Shown: positions 38,370 to 47,863, counted from the stretch's first letter. The stretch is DNA of 64,000 bases from an uncultured Nitrospirota bacterium (GCA_964483105.1 CAYZZU010000006.1:16589-80588); one strand, 5' to 3'. The notes: generated by a model not told the origin, from the letters alone. Made by a program: numbers and translations.

Positions 38370-39220
38370 TTCTTCTCCCTATTCAGGGAAAAATAGAATT
38401 CCATTCTTCCCTTTTTCTGGGACACGGAAAGTATCCCACCCATAAATGTTACGTAAAGACGGGCCAACAGAAGGCCGAATTTCACCTTTCCCGGGATGTC
38501 TCCGGGTTCGTTCCAATCAAAAAGGACCTGGGGATTGAACTTCCCGCGGCAGAGAAAGACCATCCTGGTTTTGACAACATCACTTTCTTGACTGTCCTTC
38601 GGATCAGCTTCATCCACATCCACCCGGATTTCGCGGGGATGAAAGATCAGAATTCCCGCCTGAAGGACTTGGCTGAGAACCAGGGTAAACTTCTGTTCTT
38701 CACCCACTACCCTGTAGACCCCTTTGGGAGGAAGATAGACCAGCTTCGGACCTCCAGGGGGGATTGTGTGCTTCAGCCTCTCGACGGTTGCATTCAGAAA
38801 GGGATTGAGTGCGAATGTAGCGAGGTGGATGGAAAGATCATTTCGGATAAGCCGGCAGTATTCAACCAGGTTGTCGATGATGGAAAGCAGTTCGCTCCCT
38901 CTCCGGAGAATGATACTCAACTGTTTTTTCTGGTCACTTTTCAGCTTTCCCAACCTCTGGCTCAGAAGAATCTCCGAAAATCCGATAATGCTGTTCAGAG
39001 GTGAGCGAAGATCGTGAGAAAGAGCGGAAAGAATGGTGTTCGTGTCAGGAATGGATGTCTTGGAATTTCTGAAAAATTGCGTTAATAAGTCATAATTACC
39101 CTTTTGAGTGTTTCTATCGTTCTTTTTTTCGATTTTCGGACTTGAACTCATAAGATTGTCGTATTTAACTTTATTATAATTCTCTGATATTACAATATCC
39201 TTTTTTAAAACTGGTTTCAT
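38366..39220 (-). CDS. Cytoplasmic histidine kinase (HisKA + HATPase_c) with a Lys/Asn-rich, AT-rich N-terminal region
   Basis: H-box LSALSHDLRSPLNSIIGFSEIL, N-box-like LVLSQVLQAGILIF, C-terminal G-box remnant FMGGILSV...GRMEFYFSL. Stop/start overlap ATGA with the downstream response regulator. Confidence 0.7.
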   Translation of the reverse strand: MKPVLKKDIVISENYNKVKYDNLMSSSPKIEKKNDRNTQKGNYDLLTQFFRNSKTSIPDTNTILSALSHDLRSPLNSIIGFSEILLSQRLGKLKSDQKKQLSIILRRGSELLSIIDNLVEYCRLIRNDLSIHLATFALNPFLNATVERLKHTIPPGGPKLVYLPPKGVYRVVGEEQKFTLVLSQVLQAGILIFHPREIRVDVDEADPKDSQESDVVKTRMVFLCRGKFNPQVLFDWNEPGDIPGKVKFGLLLARLYVTFMGGILSVSQKKGRMEFYFSLNREKK

Positions 39221-39438
39221 AATATAGCATTTTTTTTGAGCAAGTTCAACCCATATCTAACCTTTTTGATTGGGGGGGCAAATGGACAAACTGGTCCTTT
39301 TCATGTATATTTTTCAGTGATGAAACTACGGATGTTGTCATATCGGATCTCAATGGTTTCGTAGCCAGTCTTTCCCGGAATGAGTCCGACCCTTCATCCG
39401 GGGGGAGGTTGGCGGATCCCGAGAAAGGAGGAGGAGTC

Positions 39439-39846
39439 ATGAACACGGATCAAGTGATTTCCCTGATGAATCAGGCGATTCAATTGGAATATCAGGCTTT
39501 CATCCAGTATTTTTATCAGTCCATCCGACTGAAGGGGTATAACACCCTTGCTCTCAGTCAGTTCCTGGCCGCGGAGGCCGATGTGGAGTTGGGGCATGCC
39601 AAACTGATTGCCGAAATGGTGGTCAATCTTGGGGGAGACCCCACGGATCAACCGGAACCGGTAAATATCGGAAGGGACCCCGTGGAAATGATTCAGCATG
39701 ATATCGAACGGGAGGAGATGGCAATAGAGGTCTACAGAAAACTGCTTCCCCTTGTTCAGGAAAATGAGTACATGTATGATATCCTTTACAAGATTCTTCT
39801 CGACGAGATCAAGGATCTGGATGAGTTCCGGGTCCTCCTCCCGTAG
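39439..39846 (+). CDS. Bacterioferritin-like (ferritin-like diiron domain) protein
   Basis: Four-helix ferritin pattern: QLEYQAFIQYF, EADVELGHAKL, NIGRDPVEM, EREEMAIEVY, ENEYMYDIL. The residue matching the second His of the Bfr ferroxidase centre is not evident. Confidence 0.6.
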   Translation: MNTDQVISLMNQAIQLEYQAFIQYFYQSIRLKGYNTLALSQFLAAEADVELGHAKLIAEMVVNLGGDPTDQPEPVNIGRDPVEMIQHDIEREEMAIEVYRKLLPLVQENEYMYDILYKILLDEIKDLDEFRVLLP

Positions 39847-39882
39847 GCCATGTTTTCCTTCAAGAACGACCAGGAGGGGAAG

Positions 39883-40440
39883 GTGAAAAGAGCGCTACAG
39901 TTCGGTTTCATTTTCCTGAATTTCCTGTTTGTTTTCGGTTGTGTTTCTCAGGTCGTCCCTCCTGCCGCCCGTTCTCAGGTTAACCGGTCGATTTCTTTTG
40001 AAAAGCTCGTCCAGTCTCCGGGCCGGTATGTGGGGGAATGGGTGGTGTTCGGTGGGGTGATCCTTTCTTCAAGGAATCGGAAGCGGGGAACCGAGATCGA
40101 GATTATGCAGAAGCCGCTGACTCGATCGGATGAGCCCGAAGAGAGCGATGAATCCAAAGGGCGTTTCATTGCCTTTTATCGGGGATATCTGGAAACCAGT
40201 GTTTACAAAAAGGATCGTTCGGTGACCGTTTTCGGGGAGGTGACCGGTCAGGAGAGGCGCCTCATCGGAGAGATGTTTTACACCTATCCCGTCGTTACGA
40301 TTCGAAAGATTCGTCTCTGGCCGGATCGTGACCAGTTTTACTATCCGCCCTATTGGTATATTCCCTATGGGTATGATGGGTATTATTATCCCTGGCTGGG
40401 ATATGGATACCCCTACCGCTATTCTCCGTACTGGCCGTAA
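39883..40440 (+). CDS. Outer-membrane lipoprotein, Slp family-like, with an aromatic-rich C-terminal tail
   Basis: With the GTG start at 39883 (after a CAGGAGGGGAAGG RBS) the N-terminus MKRALQFGFIFLNFLFVFGC is a canonical lipoprotein signal (lipobox VFGC). Core YVGEWVVFGGVIL...VTGQERRLIGEMFYTYPVVTIRKIRLWP resembles Slp. Tail is YYPPYWYIPYGYDGYYYPWLGYGYPYRYSPYWP. Confidence 0.55.
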   Translation: MKRALQFGFIFLNFLFVFGCVSQVVPPAARSQVNRSISFEKLVQSPGRYVGEWVVFGGVILSSRNRKRGTEIEIMQKPLTRSDEPEESDESKGRFIAFYRGYLETSVYKKDRSVTVFGEVTGQERRLIGEMFYTYPVVTIRKIRLWPDRDQFYYPPYWYIPYGYDGYYYPWLGYGYPYRYSPYWP

Positions 40441-40674
40441 TCCCGATGGTTTGATTATAAAAGTCCGTTTCTTCTCCGGCCGGGAGAAAATCTTTTCGGA
40501 TGGCGGCAATCGTCTGTCCAGGCGGAAGATTGCCTGATTTCCATGACGAAGATGGATTGACATGGAAATTTGAATCTGTTACCCTCAGCAGCCAAGATGA
40601 ATTCAACGCGGGGAAGCCGCTTCGGGTCAATCAGGTTTTCCGGCCGGAGAAGTTCGTAGGGAAAGGGGAAAAAC

Positions 40675-40947
40675 ATGGCAAGGGCGAAAAAGGCTGTCTT
40701 ATTCATGGAAGAGGTTCAGAAGAAGATCGAGGAGTTGAAAAAGTCCGTAAAGGAAAAAAAGGGGCAATCCGAAGATCCCAAGGGAGACAAGGAACTTCGG
40801 GAACTCCGGAAGAGGCTGAAGCGGTTGCAGAGAAAACTCGCCCGGATCACGGCCATGGCCAAGAGAACGGACGCCAGGGTCGGGAAATCGGATGAAGAAA
40901 AAACCTCCGGGGAAGGGGGAGCCGACGCGGAAAAAGCCTCCGCATAG
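40675..40947 (+). CDS. Hypothetical small (90 aa) Lys/Arg/Glu-rich coiled-coil protein
   Basis: ORF with an upstream AAAGGGGAAAAAC purine-rich RBS-like stretch, in a 560-nt gap between slp and rpe. No recognisable family. Confidence 0.35.
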   Translation: MARAKKAVLFMEEVQKKIEELKKSVKEKKGQSEDPKGDKELRELRKRLKRLQRKLARITAMAKRTDARVGKSDEEKTSGEGGADAEKASA

Positions 40948-40998
40948 ATACCTTGACGCCTTCGGAGAAGGGCTGTATCGAGAGAGACTCTTTAGGAA

Positions 40999-41652
40999 AT
41001 GATGAAACTGGCGCCATCTATCTTATCGTCGGATTTTTCAAAGCTCGGAGATGAAATTCGTGCCGTGGAAAAGGCCGGTGCGGATTATATCCATGTGGAT
41101 GTGATGGACGGTCATTTTGTTCCTAATCTTACCATTGGGCCCCCGGTGGTCCAGGCCATCCGGGAAGTGACCCGTCTTCCGCTTGATGTTCATCTGATGA
41201 TCGAAAATCCTTCGGAGTTTATCCCGGATTTTGTGCGCGCCGGAGCGGATATACTGACCGTGCATGTTGAGGCCTGTATCCATCTGGACCGGACCGTTCA
41301 TCAGATCAGGGATCTCGGGGCACGGCCGGGAATCGCCTTGAACCCGCACCAGCCGCTGCACGTTCTGGAATATATCCTGCAGGAGACGGACCAGGTTCTC
41401 CTGATGTCTGTCAACCCCGGATTTGGAGGGCAGGCTTTCATACCAGGGGTATTGCCCAAGATCTCGCGCCTCAGGGAGATGATTCTGAATTCGGACCTGA
41501 AAACGGAGATTGAGATCGACGGGGGAGTCAAGATCGAGAATGCCGGGAAGATCGTTGAGGCCGGGGCTGATATTCTGGTTGCAGGATCGGCGATTTTCGG
41601 AACGGATGATTATTCCGGTACTCTTCAACGGTTCAGAGATCAAATCAAGTGA
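40999..41652 (+). CDS. rpe: Ribulose-phosphate 3-epimerase
   Basis: [46 protein letters not shown]... Confidence 0.9.
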   Translation: MMKLAPSILSSDFSKLGDEIRAVEKAGADYIHVDVMDGHFVPNLTIGPPVVQAIREVTRLPLDVHLMIENPSEFIPDFVRAGADILTVHVEACIHLDRTVHQIRDLGARPGIALNPHQPLHVLEYILQETDQVLLMSVNPGFGGQAFIPGVLPKISRLREMILNSDLKTEIEIDGGVKIENAGKIVEAGADILVAGSAIFGTDDYSGTLQRFRDQIK

Positions 41653-41876
41653 ACGTGGCCCAACAATCCCCCCTGGTTGGAAGTCCCTCCTTACATGTTT
41701 ATCCTTCCGGGATGCTCCCGGCACTGACGGGATGATTGCGAGTCCGTCAACTGTGGGAATTTCCTTAATTTTCTTGACAGAGTTGCGGAAAAAAAATAAT
41801 ATAACAAACTTTAAGCAAAAGAGAAATCATTGCGGCTTGCTTTTCCAATCAAGAGCCGAAACAAGGAGTGACTTAC

Positions 41877-43280
41877 TTGTTTGATACGCTTTCGGAAAAG
41901 TTGAACAGCGTGATCCGGAATGTGACCGGGAAGGGGAAACTTTCGTCCGAGAATATCCAGGAAGCCCTCAGGGAAGTCAAGATGGCCCTTCTGGAAGCGG
42001 ACGTGAATTACAAGGTGGTTCAGGGATTTCTCCAGCGGGTGCGTGACCGTTCTCTCGGAGTCGAGGTCCATCGGAGTTTGAAGCCCGGCCAGCAGTTCAT
42101 CAAGATCGTCCAGGAAGAACTGACGGCGCTGATGGGGGATCGGGACAGCAGAATACAGCTCTCTTCCAACCCGCCGACCGTAATTATGATGGCCGGTCTT
42201 CAGGGTGCTGGAAAGACCACAACCGTTGGAAAACTGGCCCGGATTTACAAGAAGAAGGGCCACCGTCCGCTCATGGTGGCCGCGGACGTGTACCGCCCCG
42301 CCGCCATGGATCAACTTCAGATCTTAGGGGACCAACTCGGGATTCCTGTCTACCGTTCCGATGGGAAGGACCCTGTCGAGATTTGCCGGGAAGCCAGGGA
42401 CAAGGCGAAGTATGAAGGGTTTGACATCGTCTTTCTCGATACGGCGGGGCGTCTTCATATTGATGAACCTTTGATGGAGGAACTGGAACGGATCAAGAAG
42501 GAGGTTTCCCCTCAGGAGATCCTTTTTGTTGCCGACGCCATGACCGGCCAGGATGCCGTACGAGCCTCACGGCAATTCAACCAGCGGCTGGACATTACGG
42601 GGGTGATTCTCACCAAGCTGGATGGAGACGCGCGCGGTGGTGCGGCTCTCTCCATACGATATGTCACCGGAAAGCCGATCAAGTTTGTGGGGATGGGGGA
42701 GAAACTGGATCAACTGGAGGTTTTCCATCCGGATCGGGTAGCGTCGAGAATTCTCGGGATGGGTGATCTGCTGACCCTGATCGAGAAGGCCGAGGCGACC
42801 TTTGACGAGCAGCAGACCAGGAAACTGGAACAGAAGATCCGGAAGCAGAACTTTACTTTGAATGATTTTCTGGAACAGCTCAAAGGGATCCGGAAGATGG
42901 GTTCGTTAGAGCAGCTCATGAAATTGATCCCCGGTTTTGGAAAAATTCGCGAGCTTTCCAATGTACGGCCTGATGAGAAGGAACTGACAAAGATTGAGGC
43001 GATCATCTGTTCCATGACCGCGGAGGAACGGGAGACCTGCCAGATCATCAACGGCAGCCGCAGGAAGCGGATCTCCAGGGGGAGCGGAACCACCGTCACC
43101 GACGTGAATCGTCTCCTGCAGCAGTTTACCAGGATGCAGAAAATGATGAGCATGTTCGCCAAGGGCGGGATGCCCTCTCTTTCCGGAGGATTTCCGGGAG
43201 TGGATATGGGGAATCCCTTCAGGATGGGGGGGGCGCGCGTGCGAAAGAAACTCAGGAAGAAGAGAAAGATCAGACGTTGA
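41877..43280 (+). CDS. ffh: Signal recognition particle protein Ffh
   Basis: MFDTLSEKL... N-domain, G-domain (GLQGAGKTTTVGKLA, DTAGRLH, TKLDGDARGG), Met-rich M-domain. TTG start at 41877, 8 nt after an AAGGAG. Confidence 0.95.
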   Translation: MFDTLSEKLNSVIRNVTGKGKLSSENIQEALREVKMALLEADVNYKVVQGFLQRVRDRSLGVEVHRSLKPGQQFIKIVQEELTALMGDRDSRIQLSSNPPTVIMMAGLQGAGKTTTVGKLARIYKKKGHRPLMVAADVYRPAAMDQLQILGDQLGIPVYRSDGKDPVEICREARDKAKYEGFDIVFLDTAGRLHIDEPLMEELERIKKEVSPQEILFVADAMTGQDAVRASRQFNQRLDITGVILTKLDGDARGGAALSIRYVTGKPIKFVGMGEKLDQLEVFHPDRVASRILGMGDLLTLIEKAEATFDEQQTRKLEQKIRKQNFTLNDFLEQLKGIRKMGSLEQLMKLIPGFGKIRELSNVRPDEKELTKIEAIICSMTAEERETCQIINGSRRKRISRGSGTTVTDVNRLLQQFTRMQKMMSMFAKGGMPSLSGGFPGVDMGNPFRMGGARVRKKLRKKRKIRR

Positions 43281-43348
43281 GCGTCCCGGTTTCCGTTCGG
43301 CGCCGTTTGAGAAAAACAGTATCTTGATTTTTTGAAGGAGGTGAGACG

Positions 43349-43612
43349 ATGGCAGTATCCATTCATTTGAGCCGGTTCGGCGCGAAGAAAGTTCCTTTCT
43401 ATCGAATTGTGGTCAGCGATTCGAAACGAGCCCGAGATGGGAAGTTTTTGGAACAGGTGGGCACATACGATCCTCGCAAGGACCCGGCCGAAATTGTCCT
43501 GAAAGAAGAGGCGATCCTGAAGTGGCTTTCCCAAGGGGCGCGACCCACGGACACGGTGAAGCGATTCTTGAAACGTTCCGGGATTTGGCGGAAGTTTCAG
43601 CAAACGACATGA
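43349..43612 (+). CDS. rpsP: 30S ribosomal protein S16
   Basis: MAVSIHLSRFGAKKVPFYRIVVSDSKRARDGKFLEQVGTYDP. Confidence 0.95.
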   Translation: MAVSIHLSRFGAKKVPFYRIVVSDSKRARDGKFLEQVGTYDPRKDPAEIVLKEEAILKWLSQGARPTDTVKRFLKRSGIWRKFQQTT

Positions 43613-43663
43613 AATCTGAGGACGGCATCATAGAGCAGCTTGACTTGCGGAGGGTGACCGACG

Positions 43664-43894
43664 ATGAAGGATCTCATTTTGTATGTGGTACGGGCGCTTG
43701 TGGATCGGCCGGATGAAGTGGAAGTCCAGGAGTTGAAAGGAGAAAAGACAACGGTCATTGAGCTGAAGGTCGCTCAGGAAGATCTGGGGAAGGTCATCGG
43801 GAAGCAGGGGAGAACGGCGAGAGCCTTGCGGACCCTTCTGAACGCCGCCGGAACCAAGCTCGGGAAGCGTTGCGTGCTCGAGATTATTGAGTGA
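43664..43894 (+). CDS. KH domain RNA-binding protein (YlqC/UPF0109 family)
   Basis: [20 protein letters not shown] motif. Conserved position between rpsP and rimM. Confidence 0.8.
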   Translation: MKDLILYVVRALVDRPDEVEVQELKGEKTTVIELKVAQEDLGKVIGKQGRTARALRTLLNAAGTKLGKRCVLEIIE

Positions 43895-43919
43895 TTCTGC
43901 AGACGTCACCCTGAAGTTG

Positions 43920-44429
43920 ATGGAAGAGTGGATTGAGGTAGGGATCATTTTTCGAAAGCACGGCGTTCACGGGGATGTAAAGGTCTATCCGTTGACTGAC
44001 TCTCCCAGGCGTTTTCTGAAGCTTCATCAGGTTCAGGTGGAGACCCGTTCAAAGGGACGTTACTCTCTCCGGATCGACAGAGTCCGGTTCCAGAAAGACC
44101 GGGTGATTCTTCATTTCGAAGGAAAGGATACGCCGGAAGCGGTCGAGCCGCTGCTGAAGTCCAGGATCCTGATTCCAAGATCCGACGCCCTTCCGTTGCC
44201 GGAAGGGCATTACTACTGTGCAGACATGATCGGCCTCGAGGTATTTGCCGAAACGGGAGAGTATCTCGGAACCGTGACGGACATCTTCGCAACGGGAAGC
44301 AACGATGTTTATGTAGTCCGGCGGGAAGGAAAGGAGGTGCTGATTCCGGCGATCCGGGAGGTGATCCGGAAGGTCGATTTAGAGAACCGGAAATTGATGA
44401 TTCATCTGATGAGGGGGCTCCTTGGCTAA
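43920..44429 (+). CDS. rimM: Ribosome maturation factor RimM
   Basis: IEVGIIFRKHGVHGDVKVYPLTD...PRC-barrel C-terminus. ATG 43920 chosen (the ORF track opens at a TTG at 43887). Confidence 0.85.
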   Translation: MEEWIEVGIIFRKHGVHGDVKVYPLTDSPRRFLKLHQVQVETRSKGRYSLRIDRVRFQKDRVILHFEGKDTPEAVEPLLKSRILIPRSDALPLPEGHYYCADMIGLEVFAETGEYLGTVTDIFATGSNDVYVVRREGKEVLIPAIREVIRKVDLENRKLMIHLMRGLLG

Positions 44430-45177
44430 TTTTATCTGGGACCTTCTGACCCTTTTCCCGGAGTCAGTCTCCGGATACGTGGATGCCGGCGTTCTGGGCC
44501 AGGCCCGGAAAAAGGAGGTCCTCACCGTTCGGGTTCACGATATCCGGGATTTTACCATGGACAAACACCGCACCGCCGATGATTATCCGTACGGCGGCGG
44601 TGAGGGGATGGTCCTGAAACCGGAGCCGATCTTTCGTGCCGTGGATCACATTCGTGAGAGGGTCCCGGACACCAGGGTGATCCTGATGTCTCCCCAGGGG
44701 AGAAGGTTCGATCAAAAGAGGGCGCGGCAGCTCGCGGAAGATGCACGACCGGTCACATTGATCTGCGGTCGATATGAAGGGGTGGACGAACGGGTTGTAA
44801 AGCATCTGGCTGAGGAAGAGATCTCCATTGGCGATTATGTGATTTCCGGAGGGGAATTGGCGGCGTTGGTTGTGCTGGATGCCGTCTCACGATGTGTCCC
44901 CGGAGTAGTCGGAGATCCGGACTCGGTGACGAGGGATTCGTTTTTCGGAGGGCTCCTGAAACATCCCCAATATACCCGTCCGGAGATCTACCGGGGATTT
45001 CGCGTGCCTGAAGTGTTGCTGTCCGGTCATCATGAACAGATTCGCCGATATCAGCGATACAAATCGCTGGAAAAGACCTGGTTGAACCGGCCGGATTTGA
45101 TCGAGAACGCTGTTCTGAGCGAGGAGGACCGGGTGATGCTGAATCGAATTCGTTTGGAGCAAAAGACAAGGGGATGA
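44422..45177 (+). CDS. trmD: tRNA (guanine37-N1)-methyltransferase TrmD
   Basis: IWDLLTLFPE...GYVDAGVLGQA...ISIGDYVISGGELAALVVLDAVSR. TTG start overlapping the rimM stop. Confidence 0.9.
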   Translation: MANFIWDLLTLFPESVSGYVDAGVLGQARKKEVLTVRVHDIRDFTMDKHRTADDYPYGGGEGMVLKPEPIFRAVDHIRERVPDTRVILMSPQGRRFDQKRARQLAEDARPVTLICGRYEGVDERVVKHLAEEEISIGDYVISGGELAALVVLDAVSRCVPGVVGDPDSVTRDSFFGGLLKHPQYTRPEIYRGFRVPEVLLSGHHEQIRRYQRYKSLEKTWLNRPDLIENAVLSEEDRVMLNRIRLEQKTRG

Positions 45178-45259
45178 AAAACCAGCGGATGGGACGGCCT
45201 CTTTCAGTATTTCATTTTTTTGAGAAGTTACGATAACCTTATGTTAAGGAGAGTGGAAA

Positions 45260-45649
45260 GTGAATGTCTTAGAGTCACTGGAAACACGGAATATCAAAGA
45301 GACGCTTCCCGAGATGAAACCGGGAAGCACCGTGCGGGTTCATGTCCGTGTGGTTGAGGGGAAAAAGGAAAGAATTCAGGTTTTTGAAGGGGTTGTGATT
45401 GCGATTCACGGCGCCCGTTCACGCAGAAGTTTCACAGTTCGGAAGGTTTCGAACGGTGTGGGCGTGGAAAGGGTCTTCCCTCTTCATTCCCCGATCATTC
45501 ACCGCATCGAGGTGTCCCGGTTTGGGAAGGTTCGCAGGGCGAAGCTGAATTATCTCCGCAATCTTTCCGGAAAGGCGGCCAGACTCCAGGAAATTTCCAG
45601 GGAGAAACGGGAAAAGATCGCGAAAAATCATTCCGGCACCGAGGCCTGA
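45260..45649 (+). CDS. rplS: 50S ribosomal protein L19
   Basis: [34 protein letters not shown]...[16 protein letters not shown]. Confidence 0.95.
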   Translation: MNVLESLETRNIKETLPEMKPGSTVRVHVRVVEGKKERIQVFEGVVIAIHGARSRRSFTVRKVSNGVGVERVFPLHSPIIHRIEVSRFGKVRRAKLNYLRNLSGKAARLQEISREKREKIAKNHSGTEA

Positions 45650-45701
45650 CTTCAGGTTCGGAGGTGGGGTACGTTGCCTCCAACCATGGGGGGAAAGATT
45701 C

Positions 45702-46379
45702 TTGACCGCAAGATCCGAAAGAGGAAAATCCGAATCGGGAGAACTTTTCCCGGTGCCGTCCGGTTTCGACCCGCTTTACTTTGAGTCCGAAGCCCGTCGT
45801 TACGGATTTGCCCGGATCGCCGGGATTGATGAGGCGGGAAGGGGTCCCCTGGCCGGCCCGGTTGTCGCAGCGGCCGTGATATTGCCGACCGGATGCAGGA
45901 TTCCCGGTTTGACTGACTCCAAAAAACTGACCCGCTGTCAGCGGGAACGTCTTTTCACCGAGATTCACAAAAAGGCCCTTTCACTTGCGGTCGGGATCGC
46001 GGATGCGGAACTGATTGATCGAATCAATATCCTGGAGGCGACCCGTTACGCCATGACCCAGGCCGTGTCACGGCTGGCACCTCCTCCGGACTTTCTGCTG
46101 ATTGACGCCATGACAACCGATTTCCCCGTTCCTCAGAAAGGGATTAAAAAAGGGGACCTGTTAAGTCACTCCATCGCCGCTGCCTCTGTGATCGCCAAGG
46201 TGACACGCGACCGGATGATGGAGGAGTATCATCAACGCTATCCGGAATATAACTTTGCAAGGCATAAGGGATACGGAACGCGGGAACATTGTGACAAGAT
46301 CCGTTCCCTGGGCCCCTGTCCGTTACATCGGAAGACCTTTCGGAGAGTCCGGGAGTATTGCCGGGTTTCATCTCGATGA
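45702..46379 (+). CDS. rnhB: Ribonuclease HII
   Basis: IAGIDEAGRGPLAGPVVAAAVIL...DSKKLT... conserved RNase HII blocks. Confidence 0.9.
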   Translation: MTARSERGKSESGELFPVPSGFDPLYFESEARRYGFARIAGIDEAGRGPLAGPVVAAAVILPTGCRIPGLTDSKKLTRCQRERLFTEIHKKALSLAVGIADAELIDRINILEATRYAMTQAVSRLAPPPDFLLIDAMTTDFPVPQKGIKKGDLLSHSIAAASVIAKVTRDRMMEEYHQRYPEYNFARHKGYGTREHCDKIRSLGPCPLHRKTFRRVREYCRVSSR

Positions 46380-46393
46380 ATCGACGATTCTTC

Positions 46394-46777
46394 ATGCACA
46401 CCATGCGCCCATTTTTACTTGGGAAATTCGGTGAACGCCATGCTGTGAAATATCTTCGAAAAAGGGGATACGTCATTGTGGAACGGAACTACCGTACTCC
46501 CTTTGGAGAGATCGATATCATTGCCCGGGAAGGAGATGTCCTGGCCTTTGTCGAGGTCAAAACGCGTTCCTCCCGTACATTCGGGCTTCCGCAGGAGGCG
46601 GTGGATTTACGGAAACGCCGCCAGATTATCCGAACGGCGCGGGCCTTTCTCAGGGAGCAGGGCGAGCCGTCGATATTCTGCAGGTTCGATGTTCTGGCTT
46701 TGGAAGCGGATCGCGGCGGGAACGTGCGCCGTGTCCAGTTGATCCGGGGGGCCTTCGATGTCCCTGTGGATTCATGA
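46394..46777 (+). CDS. yraN: YraN family (UPF0102) endonuclease-like protein
   Basis: GERHAVKYLRKRGYVIVERNYRTPFGEIDIIAREGDVLAFVEVKTRSS. Confidence 0.8.
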   Translation: MHTMRPFLLGKFGERHAVKYLRKRGYVIVERNYRTPFGEIDIIAREGDVLAFVEVKTRSSRTFGLPQEAVDLRKRRQIIRTARAFLREQGEPSIFCRFDVLALEADRGGNVRRVQLIRGAFDVPVDS

Positions 46778-46783
46778 AGGAGA

Positions 46784-47863
46784 CTACGGGACATCTCCCT
46801 CTTCAAGGAGGCCGGTCAGGACGTCCGTGACCCGGGGATGAAACTGAACGCCCCGACAGCGACGGAGCTCCCGGATGACTTCGTTCTGATCGGTAAATCC
46901 GTTCCGGTAGCATCGTGCGGAGGTCATGGCGTCGTAACTGTCCGCCACAGTGATGATGCAGGTTAACAGGTCCAGTTCGGGACCCGGGATCCCTTTCGGA
47001 TATCCATTCCCGTCCCAGCGTTCATGATGGCGGGCCACGATCGGAATTTCCCGATCCAGAAAAGAAAGAGGTTCGAGGATGTGAGCGCCGATGGTGGGGT
47101 GTTCTTTCATCCTGTTCCATTCTTCTTCCGTAAGGCGTCCGGCCTTGTTAATGGAGCTGAGATCGATGATCAGTTTCCCGACGTCATGAAGCTCGGCGGC
47201 GCGCGTCAGGGTGTTGAGATCTTTCCGGGAAAGCCCCATGCTCCGTCCGATGGTTTGGGCGATTCGTGTTACCCGCGCTGAATGTCCGGCAGTGTATGGG
47301 TCCTTCTGCTCCATGGCGTTCATGAGAGAACTCATAATCCCGATATAGACGTTCTCCATTTTCTGCCCATACTCCTGCAACTGGCGGTTTTTTTCAGCCA
47401 GCTCGACAATCTTTTCCTCCAGGTGTCCCACAAGCCGGTGACTGTATTCCCGGAGATAATTCCTCTCAATCGGTGCGTGGACTTTTTCCCGCGCTCCACT
47501 GAGATAGTTCCTGATTTTTTCGGGCAAATCCCGGGCTACGATCGGTTTTGCCAGATAACCGTCACATCCGGCGATCAGGGATCGTTCACGATCTCCTTCT
47601 CCGGACTGACCTGTCAGAGCGACGATCGGGATGTCCTTCAGTTCGGGGATGCTTTTGATTCGTGTGGTGGCTTCATATCCGTTCAGGCCGGGGATGTTGA
47701 TATCCATGAGAATGAGATCCGGCAGGAATTCTTTGGCGATATGGACACCTTCGATGCCGTTGTCGGCCTCGAGGATTTCATAACCGTTCCGTTCGAGTAT
47801 CTTCCGGATTAGAAGCCGGCTGGAGGGGTTGTCCTCGATGCAGAGAATTTTGGGAGAAGCCAT
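46784..47863 (-). CDS. Response regulator with HD-GYP domain (putative c-di-GMP phosphodiesterase, RpfG-like)
   Basis: REC (KILCIEDNPSSRLLI...DLILMDINIPGLNGYE), then HD-GYP (HSARVTRIAQ...ELHDVGKLII...HHERWDGNGYPKGIPG). Confidence 0.8.
   Translation of the reverse strand: MASPKILCIEDNPSSRLLIRKILERNGYEILEADNGIEGVHIAKEFLPDLILMDINIPGLNGYEATTRIKSIPELKDIPIVALTGQSGEGDRERSLIAGCDGYLAKPIVARDLPEKIRNYLSGAREKVHAPIERNYLREYSHRLVGHLEEKIVELAEKNRQLQEYGQKMENVYIGIMSSLMNAMEQKDPYTAGHSARVTRIAQTIGRSMGLSRKDLNTLTRAAELHDVGKLIIDLSSINKAGRLTEEEWNRMKEHPTIGAHILEPLSFLDREIPIVARHHERWDGNGYPKGIPGPELDLLTCIITVADSYDAMTSARCYRNGFTDQNEVIRELRRCRGVQFHPRVTDVLTGLLEEGDVP

Noticed and set aside
40500-40895. 131-aa ORF overlapping the small basic ORF in another frame
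   Set aside because: No RBS. It overlaps the better-supported 40675..40947 ORF, and the translation is Gly/Arg/Glu-rich without structure
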